64,000 bases of DNA from a virus (Duplodnaviria; Caudoviricetes), in IMG/VR virus record IMGVR_UViG_2974621456_000001, positions 4,870 through 68,869 of that record. The stretch is one strand, 5' to 3'. Made by a program: the position numbers and the translations under genes. Below, piece by piece: positions 44,139-54,030 of the stretch. Positions within the stretch are counted from its first letter, which is position 1; every line of letters begins with the position of its first letter. Under the pieces are notes generated by a model. The model was not told where the DNA came from. It saw nothing but the letters and a program-made list of their open reading frames with translations, and did not search any database.

Positions 44139-44817
44139 ATGTCAGGGAATTCGGTTGCAGCGCATAAAGGTTGGATGACCCGCCGTAATAATGGCTTGCC
44201 ACTGACAACCTTTGACATGGTGATTTTGGCTCAATTCTTCGGTTTTGCAACGGTTGAAGAGTTTGAGGCTTTCGCAGTACATCAAGAGGCAAAGGCAAGG
44301 GTCGAATGAAAAAGCGCATAAAGACCTTCCGATTCACTTGTGACGGTTGGTATTACGACGAATACAACGAAACCGAATATTGCCGTGCAACCGTAACCCT
44401 GACAGGCACGAAAGATGAAATAGAAGATGAGCTTTCGGCTCTTGGTTGGGAAACCACGTATGCATATGGGAGTGAATACCAAAACATCTGTCCCAGACAG
44501 CATTTCATGGACACATACCGAAAAGAGCCGAAAGTTCATCACACTGAACGTGTTTCGTTTCGACCAACTATCGCGCCAAACAAACCACCAGAAATCCCCC
44601 TGACCGATGACCAGAAACTAGATAGGTTCTTTGAGCAATGAAACCCTATATAGGACAAGCCATCTGCAACGATCAAGGGAGGATCATGGGGTCCATTGTC
44701 CGTATCGTTCATTCGGCAAGTGGTGACACTCTTTTCTACGTACCGCTCTTTACCCCGGTCTATTTTGGTGATGCAAAGTTCTATCGCAGTGAAGATGGGA
44801 AGAAGTTAGATGGATAG
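44139..44817 (+). other. three small CDSs (44139-44309, 44306-44641, 44638-44817)
   Basis: Hand-translated 56-aa and 59-aa ORFs joined by ATGA overlaps to the 111-aa ORF. Confidence 0.55.
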
Positions 44818-46615
44818 CAAAAAGCCGATGAGATATGTTGACCTTCATGCACATACGACGTTTTCGTATGGTGATGGTTATGCACCTGTTGCGGAGCACG
44901 TGAAAAGACTTGCGGCACTTGGACGTTCACACGCTTGCACTAGCGAACACGGCAACGTCTCATCATGGGTACAGCTTGAGAAAGAGGCCGAAAAGCATGG
45001 ATTGACACCACTTTTCGCAATCGAGATTTACATTGCTCCCCCTGACGAACGACGTAAAAACCACATGATTCTCTTGGCCATGAACGAGGTTGGCCTACAG
45101 AACATCAATCGCATTGTTACCCAAAGCTGGAAACAGTTCTACCAATTCCCAACTGTCCATTGGAAAGACCTGGTGAAATGGAATGAAGGGATCATTGCCC
45201 TTAGCGGATGCGCAGATTCCCAACTCTCTTGTATCTTGTTGGGTGGCAAGTCTTTCGGTGAAAAGAGACTGGAATGCCGTGACGGGGACATGGAACGTGC
45301 CATTAGGGGAGTACAACGGTTCGCAGATGTATTTGGTGACCGATACTTTCTGGAAGTTCAGCGATTTCCTAGGCTTGACCGTACTTGCGCTCTCAATCCG
45401 TTATTGGCCCAAATCTCAAGGGAGACAGGCGTTTCCCTTGCTGCAACAAGCGATAGTCATTATCCCTACCCTGACCAAAATGCGATGCAGAGGATTCTTC
45501 ATGCGTCGCATCGCGGGGGCACTGTCGAAAGTGCCGATGCCTCATGGGAATACGACATTTTGTTGACCTATCCCGAATCTGACCTTGAGATTTACAAAGA
45601 CCTCAAAGGTACGGGTTTGACTGGCGCAGAAGCAAAGACGGCAATCGAAAATACCCAAGCAATCGCAAACCGTTGTGACGTAAGACTTCCCAAGGCCAAA
45701 CTTCCAAAGTTCATGATAGATGGGAAGATTCCAGAACGTAGCGCGGAAAGTCTTCTGAGAGAAGCGATTACACTTGGCTACAACTATCGGTTGAAGTTCA
45801 ACAAGCACATGCAAGAGCACAAGGCCGATTACAAGAAACGAATCAAGCATGAGTACGAAGTCATTTGCGCCACAGAGGGTTTCGCCGATTACTTTCTGAT
45901 GGTTGCCGATATCATCACTTGGGCCAAGGGTCAGGGCATCGCAGTAGGACCGGGGCGGGGTAGCTCTGCCGGTTCGTTGGTCTGCTATCTCTTGGCCATC
46001 ACAGAGATTGATTCTTTGCAATTCCCAATGCTTTTCGAGCGATTCCTTGACCCAACACGAACTGATCCACCAGACATTGATATTGATTTTGAAGATGACC
46101 GGAGAGACGAAGTTTTCGAGTATGCCGCTGCCAAGTACGGTGCGAGTCATGTTGCAAACATTGGTACTTTCACGCGATACCGTGGCAAAAACTCGCTAGA
46201 CGATATCGCACGTGTCTACCGCATACCTTCATGGAAGGTTGATGCGGTTAAGGCCAAGCTGATTGAACGTGCCGAAGGTCATCCAAGATTCTTCAAAACC
46301 CTTGAGGATACCTTTGATTCGTTCGCTGATATTCGTGAGTTGGTCAACGAGACTCCCGAATTGGCTTATGCCGCAAGGCTTGAGGGTAACATTCGTGGGT
46401 TCGGGGTCCATGCTGCCGGTATGGTAATTTCATCAGTTCCACTTGATGATGTATCAGCTACATATCAGCGTGAAATCGGTGGAAGGCTAGGCAGCGCAAT
46501 AGCTTTCGATAAAAAGGATGCTGCGTACCTTGGCCTGTTGAAGATCGATGCTTTGAGTCTTCAAACGATGGGCATGATTTCCAAGGTGTGCGAATTGACA
46601 AGGCAGGCATCATGA
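44810..46615 (+). CDS. dnaE: DNA polymerase III alpha, N-terminal part (PHP plus catalytic core)
   Basis: LHAHTTFS.GDG PHP motif; GPGRGSSAGSLV; PDIDIDF; GVHAAG; KIDALSL. Confidence 0.95.
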   Translation: MDSKKPMRYVDLHAHTTFSYGDGYAPVAEHVKRLAALGRSHACTSEHGNVSSWVQLEKEAEKHGLTPLFAIEIYIAPPDERRKNHMILLAMNEVGLQNINRIVTQSWKQFYQFPTVHWKDLVKWNEGIIALSGCADSQLSCILLGGKSFGEKRLECRDGDMERAIRGVQRFADVFGDRYFLEVQRFPRLDRTCALNPLLAQISRETGVSLAATSDSHYPYPDQNAMQRILHASHRGGTVESADASWEYDILLTYPESDLEIYKDLKGTGLTGAEAKTAIENTQAIANRCDVRLPKAKLPKFMIDGKIPERSAESLLREAITLGYNYRLKFNKHMQEHKADYKKRIKHEYEVICATEGFADYFLMVADIITWAKGQGIAVGPGRGSSAGSLVCYLLAITEIDSLQFPMLFERFLDPTRTDPPDIDIDFEDDRRDEVFEYAAAKYGASHVANIGTFTRYRGKNSLDDIARVYRIPSWKVDAVKAKLIERAEGHPRFFKTLEDTFDSFADIRELVNETPELAYAARLEGNIRGFGVHAAGMVISSVPLDDVSATYQREIGGRLGSAIAFDKKDAAYLGLLKIDALSLQTMGMISKVCELTRQAS

Positions 46616-48045
46616 CTGGCATTACTCTTGAAGAGCTATACCGGATTCCGTTGGATGATGAACCGGTCTTTGAGGCTTTCCGTGAAGGTGATGTTTTGGG
46701 TATCTTCCAGTTTGAGGGAGCAACTACCCGAAGAATCCTAAAGAAAGTCCAGCCAACAACTTTCATGCATCTTGCTGACGTAAACGCACTGTCCCGCCCT
46801 GGCGCGGATGACAAGGCTTACATCACCAACAAGACTGATGGACTAGAGCCAGAGTATCCGCATGAGCTTATGCGGGAACATCTTTCGTGGACCTATGGCG
46901 TTGTGGTCTACGAAGAACAGATTTTGATGATCCTTCGGGACTTGGGTGGCTTTGCGCCAAGCGAACTTAACCGTATGCGAAAGATCATCCACGATAAGTT
47001 AGGTGGTACGGCATTCAATGAGAATTTCAAGCGCTTTGTGGAAGGTGCTGCCGCACATGGACTTTCAGAAGATGCCGCCGAATCGGTATGGAACGGTCTT
47101 GTTAGTGCGAGTGGTTACGCATTCAACATTGCTCACTCCGTCTCTTACGCTCACATTGGCTATTGGCAAATGTGGCTTAAAATCCATTACCCGGCAGAGT
47201 TTTTCGCCGGACAGTTGCTCAAGTGTTCCGACGACGTACGGCGGGGCAAGCTGATTCAAGAGGCCGAACGTCACGGTATTGATGTGATGCCGCCGAATCT
47301 TGAACTCTCCCAACGGAATTGGTCTCTTCATCGTGAAAACGATGGGAGTGGTGAAAGGGCAATCAGGCCAATGATTTTGGCAGGCTTTGAGGCTATCCCT
47401 GGCATTGGTCCGAAAACCTCTGAGAACATTGTGAATTGGCGTGATGATGTTTTGATGGAAGACCCTAGGCCAGAAGCTATCGCAGAGCTAGGGCTTGATT
47501 GGCCAGACCTTAAGCAGGTCAAGGGAATTGGGCCAAAGACCATCAAGACCATCATTGACTTCTGCCAGAAAGAAGACCCGTTTGAAGTTCATGAGGTTCA
47601 GCGAATCTTGAGCGGATACCGCCAAAGCTTCAAAACCGGTGAGCTGCAAGGGATTCCGATCCCTACCCATATCAGTCTCGATATCCCACCGGAACGAGAG
47701 TTGGTCTCTTACATGGGAATTGCGAGATACAAGAAATACTATGATGCAGTGGAACAGTTGCAGAAACGAACCTCTGGCGATCTGAGTTACGAAGATGCCC
47801 TAGCGCAATTGGATGACCCACACTTGATCAAGTACGTTGCAATTGACGTTGAAGATGAGTACGGGGAAACCGTTCGGGTTCGTGTAAGTCGTTGGAAATA
47901 CCCACAATTCCAACAGTTGATCAGTTCCATCAAGGTCAATCGTGACGTGGTTGTGGTCAGTGGGTTCTCTAGCGATTTCGGTGGAATCTCCATTCAGGCA
48001 AAGGATTTGGCAGTTCTCAACCCTCAAGTAGAAAGTGAAAAGTAA
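46612..48045 (+). CDS. dnaE: DNA polymerase III alpha, C-terminal part (fingers/HhH/OB)
   Basis: GIFQFE, RPG, VYEEQI, YAFNIAHS.SY, K.HYP.EF motifs; ATGA overlap with the N-terminal part. Confidence 0.93.
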   Translation: MTGITLEELYRIPLDDEPVFEAFREGDVLGIFQFEGATTRRILKKVQPTTFMHLADVNALSRPGADDKAYITNKTDGLEPEYPHELMREHLSWTYGVVVYEEQILMILRDLGGFAPSELNRMRKIIHDKLGGTAFNENFKRFVEGAAAHGLSEDAAESVWNGLVSASGYAFNIAHSVSYAHIGYWQMWLKIHYPAEFFAGQLLKCSDDVRRGKLIQEAERHGIDVMPPNLELSQRNWSLHRENDGSGERAIRPMILAGFEAIPGIGPKTSENIVNWRDDVLMEDPRPEAIAELGLDWPDLKQVKGIGPKTIKTIIDFCQKEDPFEVHEVQRILSGYRQSFKTGELQGIPIPTHISLDIPPERELVSYMGIARYKKYYDAVEQLQKRTSGDLSYEDALAQLDDPHLIKYVAIDVEDEYGETVRVRVSRWKYPQFQQLISSIKVNRDVVVVSGFSSDFGGISIQAKDLAVLNPQVESEK

Positions 48046-49723
48046 TGGGAAAGAAAAAGAAACCGCAACAGCATCGTCCGAAAGTTCAAGCGCCACAAGG
48101 GGTTGAGTCGAAAGACTTGATCAAACAACAAGAGGCAGTAAAGCGACTGGCCACGATCATGCAAGCCATGAGTGCCCCGCCTGAACCTCTATTGAGTTTG
48201 TTTGAGCGTCTTGGGATTCCATTTGAAATCGTTGAAAACGTACCGGGTGACCCATCTTTCGATACGGTAGTAATCAAGGTTACTGATTTGGTGGCTGGTG
48301 AAGAGCGCAACCAAGCTCAAGGCTCAACTCTGGCAAGGCTTTACGGCAAGGGTGATCCCGCTGCGATGCTTTCAAAAGTGGCCACTGGTGGACAGTTGCC
48401 GCCGAATACCCATAACCCACAGACCGGGGTCAAACTGCCCACGAAAACGTCTGTCTCAGAGAGCCTTTCGGGGCACGCTGGTATAGAGGGCAGGGGTCAA
48501 CAGGCACAGAGGCCAAGTTTCGCTGATCTTTTGAATCAAGCTCAAGAGAGAGCAACCGAAATGAAGGGAGCAACGCAGTATTCGCCCAAGGAACCACCTA
48601 TCGAGACCAAACCCTTTGTGGCACAACCGGTTTCAGATGATGAAGATGATGACTACTTGAAGGGAATTCAGGGATAATGTACAAGTGCAGTGAATGCGCG
48701 CATGATATCGGGGCAATGCTGGACAGTCGTGGAGTCCCACGTATGTTCATCTGCCATCGAACCGGAAACGCAGCAATGCAAGTGCCTTTGAGGTTGCCAG
48801 CGCGAAAGGTACCCAAGCCAAATCGTGAGTTCATTGATGAGGCAAGAGGATTGCGCGCAAAGAAGCGGGAACGATGACCAAAGATGTGCGAGTTCTATTG
48901 GGACTCTTGTTCATTGGATTGCTGATTTGGTTGGCGTTCGTCAACTGGAAAGCTGCAATCTTCGTGGAACTCTTCATGATTCAAGTTACGCTTGGCCGAA
49001 CCTTCAATTGGTTTACCGGAAGAGACAAGTAATGGAACCTGGTTTGATAACGAACGGTTGGGAATCGACTAATGAGCAACGATGACTTTGAAATCATCGA
49101 TTTTGATGATCTTCCCGAAAGTAATTCTAAGACAAAGATTTTGGCCAATGTTGACCAACTTGCCGCCGACGTAAGAGAGATGTTGGAAGAACAAGTAATG
49201 GAACCTGGTTTGATTTTGACTGTCACACAAGACAATCCATTGTTCAAGCAAGTTTTGTCGGCAATCGGGAATCTGTCAGAGGATGAAAACGGTCATCTGA
49301 TTTTCACGAAACCCGTTGCCGCACCACGGATTCAGCGTGCCAAGCTCAAGGTTCAAATTGAAGATGGGGAGCCGGTCACCTACGTGTTCAATCTTCAAAA
49401 GGGATCAACGATAGATGCCAACCGTGGGCTAATGCTCGAAACATATTGGGAGACAAGCGATGCCATCCATCGGAAACTCTAAGACCCTCAAGAATTCGCA
49501 TCCTGGTGGCCAGGGCAAAACCTTGATCGAACGGATACAGATTCAGATGGACAAGCGTCGAAAGAAGATGGAAGAGACGTTTGTAGAGTATGGCCCGGAA
49601 TCCAAACAGTACCTATTGAATCGGGGTAGGTACGAAGGGTTTGCGGCAACACTGGCCATCTTGCGAACCTCTTCTGTGGACCACGAAATCCAGTGCAGCA
49701 ACGAGAGATTGGGAATCGAATGA
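48045..49723 (+). other. hypothetical CDSs (48045-48677, 48677-48877 Zn-finger-like, 48874-49032 membrane, 49072-49482, 49460-49723)
   Basis: Coupled ORFs on the + strand. Confidence 0.6.
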
Positions 49724-50328
49724 AAGAGGGAAGGTTTGCACCTAGGCCGATTGAGTTGACCTGTGACTTGCCAAAGATGCCTATTTTCAAGGTATCTCAA
49801 GACAACCTATCGATCATTGCTCTTGACCCGGGCGGGGTAACCGGTTGGTCACGCATGGTGTTTCCAGCGAAAATCGATGGGGTGGATATCTTTTCGCTTC
49901 CCATTGAAACCTTGCTAGAGCGTCGGATTGAATGGGTTCATGGACAGGTGGATTGCCACGACGAAGATATGGGTGTGTTGACCTTGCGGAAGTGCTTGTT
50001 TAGTCACAAAGAGCATATTGCCATTGTGGTTGAAGGTTTCCAATTGCGAACTCTTGCAGCGGATTTGAGTCCTGTCACAATAACCGCCAAGCTTGAGCAT
50101 CACCTTTGGTTGCAGGGTCGAAAGATCAATTACAAGCAAATGCCCGCAATGGCAAAGAGATTGAGCAATGACCGTCTAGAGCTTCTAGAGGTCTATACAT
50201 CGAAAGGTGGTATGCAGCACGCAAGAGACGCAGATCGGCACGTGCTCATGACAATTCGCCGATGCATGGAAGGTGGGGGCAAGGGTCGAGAAATGAGAAA
50301 GAAGCTGTGGCCTAGTGTCTACAAATAA
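49720..50328 (+). CDS. RuvC-like Holliday junction resolvase
   Basis: IIALDPGGVTGWS, VVEGF and HARDA motifs. Confidence 0.8.
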   Translation: MKEGRFAPRPIELTCDLPKMPIFKVSQDNLSIIALDPGGVTGWSRMVFPAKIDGVDIFSLPIETLLERRIEWVHGQVDCHDEDMGVLTLRKCLFSHKEHIAIVVEGFQLRTLAADLSPVTITAKLEHHLWLQGRKINYKQMPAMAKRLSNDRLELLEVYTSKGGMQHARDADRHVLMTIRRCMEGGGKGREMRKKLWPSVYK

Positions 50329-50471
50329 CCATGAAGAAATCGTTACTCGAATCAGCTTGGGAGGCAACGATTTTGAACTCGCTGAAACGCCAAAGGGTTT
50401 ACTCATCCCAAGGATCAACGGGATGGACTTAACCACAAGAGAGACAAAGGAACTGAAAGAGGCTTTGGAAT

Positions 50472-51209
50472 ATGTCATACCCGATTAACCAAGGGCCGAA
50501 AGATGAGGCAATTCGTGTTGGTTGCGAAAAAGGTTTTAAGGACTTCATTGAGGACTACAAGAACCAAATGGGTTTAACCTCAATGTCTTCCGCGCTACGT
50601 CGTTTGGCCCTGATCGGGGCATACTGCGAAGCAACACACGGAACCGCAACTATGCCAGCAAGTTACGACGGCTTAACGATCCCTGGTGGCCGAAAGACCA
50701 AGGGAGACACTGGAAATCCGAACGAATTCAATTGGGGAGAAGATAGCAATGTGGATTAGCCGAAAGAAGTTGGGTGACCTACTTCAAGCACAGTACGAAC
50801 GCGACACGTACAAGGCAAAGCTTGAACGTGAGCAAGAGGACAGGCAACACTTGCTCGAAGAGTTAAGAGACGCTTTGGGTTTCATTCAAAATCAATCGTT
50901 ACTTGGGGCAAAGTTCGTCAAGGGTGACTTTGAGGTCATCGAACGGAACGGCACAAGACAGCTCCGAATCAGCACGGACGCAATCAATTTCAAACTAAAT
51001 ACGAAAGAAGAGGCATAAGCATGGCCATTCAAGTTGTGTGCGATGACTGCAAGCGTGTTCTACGCGATAGCGATGACGCAACAGGTGCAGAGCCGGAACC
51101 GCAAGGGACGCTTCAACTTACGTTCGATGGCAAGACCCTGTTCCATATGGACCTTTGCCCTCGTTGCGCACGGAAGTACCTTAAAAAGCTCAAGGAACCC
51201 CACGAGTAG
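50472..51209 (+). other. three small CDSs (50472-50759, 50749-51018, 51021-51209 with CDDC...CPRC)
   Basis: ORF track plus overlaps and RBSs. Confidence 0.55.
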
Positions 51210-51221
51210 AAAGGTTGAATC

Positions 51222-51719
51222 ATGCACGTAATCATCACTGGCTCAAGGGATTTCACGATGGGAAATCTTGTGTCAGATGAGCTGTTCATCCTGTATCACT
51301 TACTGAACTGGAAAGACCACACTCTGACTGTTGTGGTTGGTGATTGTCCAACTGGCGCAGACCTTTTCACGAAACGATGGTCTGAGTACATGAACAGCCA
51401 TTGGACCCCTGGCCAAACTGGAAGGGTTGTCTTCAAGGAATTCAAGGCTGATTGGTCTAGGGCTTGCGATGAAAAGTGTTACCACCCAAAGCGTTATAGG
51501 TTGGAACAGGTCAACGGTCAAGATATCCATGTGCCGTTCTGTCCGGTGGCTGGCCATATGCGCAATCAGGCAATGGTGGATTACGTTGAACAACAGGATG
51601 ATTCGGCTTGCTATCGGGCTTTCTACAAACAAGGTGCAAAGAACCGTGGTACCGCAGATTGCCGAAGGCGTTGTGAGGCAGCGAATATCAAAGGCTTGAA
51701 GATCGTTGAGCCAAAATGA
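51222..51719 (+). CDS. stand-alone SLOG-family (DUF2493/YspA-like) protein
   Basis: IITGSRDF, VVGDCPTGAD, AGH.RNQ.M and RGT..C motifs. Confidence 0.75.
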   Translation: MHVIITGSRDFTMGNLVSDELFILYHLLNWKDHTLTVVVGDCPTGADLFTKRWSEYMNSHWTPGQTGRVVFKEFKADWSRACDEKCYHPKRYRLEQVNGQDIHVPFCPVAGHMRNQAMVDYVEQQDDSACYRAFYKQGAKNRGTADCRRRCEAANIKGLKIVEPK

Positions 51720-51731
51720 CGGAATCGATAT

Positions 51732-54030
51732 GTGGGTGTCTCTGTGACAAGTGTAAGCACACGACAGAATGTTGTCTCGGAATCTATTGCAGCTCAAAGG
51801 AATACGGTGATGACCAAGGTATCTAAAAGCTTTGAGGCCAAATACGATGGCGTATGCAGAATTCCATCGTGTGGCAGGCCGATACACAAAGGCGATATGG
51901 TCCATTTCGTAGAGGACAAGATTGCTCACGAAGGTTGTTATGACATAAGTAAATTGGGAGCTTTCCAGTCAACACCAGACCAACCGGGAGACTGGCACGG
52001 TGAAGAAGATTGGGAGCTAACAAGGGTCGAAGGGAACTATTTGGTAACGGGTCGTCGGAATCACGAAAAACCTTGCAAGCATTGCTTTTTGACACATTCG
52101 GGAGAGTGCCCATAATGATCTTCTATGCGTTTCATCGGTCCATGCAAGAGGTCAAAACCGTTGCAAGCCTTGGCATTAAGCAGATTCAGCGCTTTAAGTG
52201 GGAATGGGCTGTTGTGCTTGATGTTGTTGATAGCGAAGGTGATTCATGGGTTGAACGCCAAATCTTCCAAACCCGAAGGGGTGCAAGGCAATACAAATCG
52301 AACCTGTTACTTGATGCTGACCCGTTCCTATCCAAGACTGATGTAAAGAACGTCAAGCTTCAACGTCGGTTGGTTTCTGTTGACTGGCAAGACTATTCGG
52401 ATTCGTTCAGCTACAACGCGAAGGGCAATGGCAATGGCCGGTGAAAAGTGGGTAATTGGCAAAAGGTCTTACAAGACAACGTATTACAACCTTGATGCCA
52501 TCGAGTACATCACCGATGACCAAGAGCGTTCAATCATCGGATTACGTTCTGGCAAAGAGGTTTCCATAGACGAGACCTCAACCAACATCTTGGCTGCAAT
52601 CGGTGGTCCTGAAAACCATGATCGCCATGACGATTTGGTGTCGTTCCTGCAATTCATCGCGTACCACGGCGGGGAAGCTGAGATTTACGTTGACGGCAAC
52701 CCTATCTCTTTAGATCAAGCTCACACATTGGTTAGTGCTTACGAAAGGATTGCGCAACGATGACGAAACCTGATGTGGCACAAGGTTATTTGAACGCTGC
52801 GATGGAAGCTCTCAAGCGTGCTAACCATGAGTTGGGCGGAAACGTGTTGTGCATCAAGCTGATTCACGATCTAGAGGACTTGATGAATCCTCAAGCAAGA
52901 GAAGAACTTTTGCATGTTGGTTCACTAACGGTTCTACGGAACTTTGTTAAGTGGTTCAATGACACAGCACAAGGCCATATTGAGCCGTTCAACGCGAAGG
53001 GTTCTTTTGATCGTGACCAAGCAATTGATGAGTTAATCCTTGAGTTTGTAAGGGAGTTCGGACGATGAAGGTTAGCTATCGATGCAACGAGTGCCCCAAA
53101 GACAAGGCACCAGAACCAACTACTGACCTTGATGAGTTCAAGGGGCACATGTATTGCGTTCATGGGCTTAGCTCGAATGACATTGAGGTTCAAGACATTC
53201 TGATTCGGAAGGTGAAACGTGGCCAGGATTGATGTACCTACGTTGCAGTGTGACCGTTGCAAGTGGACCACTCAAGATCAACAAGAAATGTCCAAGTTCA
53301 ACACGATCACTGGCCAATGGGACGGGTACCAAAGCTCAAAAGAAAAGTGGGACTTGTGTGAATCATGTTGGAAGTCTTTGGTAGAAGAGTTCCTAGGAAA
53401 CCATCCGGTCAAAGCTCTTGTGAGACTTACCAATGGCTAGCCTTGAAAAACGGCTTGACGCAATACTTTACATTATGGGTCTTGCCGAAGGGGTTGCCGG
53501 TGAAGTTTGCTCGAATGATCAATGCTACGAACGGTATCGGGAAGAGTGCCTAGAAGCATTGCGAGACTTGGGCATTGGTGATGATGACGTAAAACAAGCC
53601 ATTGCCTACCGCAAGTCCTACATGCGTCATTGGCGCAAGGTTCGGAAAAACAAAAGATGAATGTTGTTGTGGTGTCCCGATTTTCGCATCAGCGGAACAT
53701 GTTGGGGTCGGCATGACGGGGCACCACAACACCTATTGCGCCCGCCTGTCGCGCTGGTCAGGGCACGTTTGCGAGCGTAGGGTGGCCAAGGTCACCCCGG
53801 CAGAAGTCTTGGCGCACAGAGGCTTTCAGAGCCGAAATGAAGGGTCGAATTGAATGCCAGAATCGGAAAACCTTGGCGCGCAATCAATTGTGATGATTGT
53901 GGTGGTTCCGATGGACTGCGAAGAGTGTGGAAATCTTATGCCCGCTGGAAGTGAATGCCAGATTTCAGGGCCAAGTGATATCAGGATGGTTTGTATGGGT
54001 TGCTTTGAAGGGCAGGCAAATTCGTGACTT
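51732..54030 (+). other. run of small hypothetical CDSs (e.g. 52115-52444, 52428-52763, 52760-53068, 53219-53440, 53433-53660)
   Basis: Tightly packed + strand ORFs, several Cys-rich. Confidence 0.55.

Noticed and set aside
44134-44300. Apparent intergenic structured RNA after the MazG-like gene
   Set aside because: The gap is filled by a 56-aa ORF (44139-44309) ending in an ATGA overlap with the next gene, and the stems are short.
44810-48045. Split intein in DnaE (as in cyanobacteria)
   Set aside because: No Cys/Ser intein N-terminal block and no His-Asn C-terminal motif on either side of the break.
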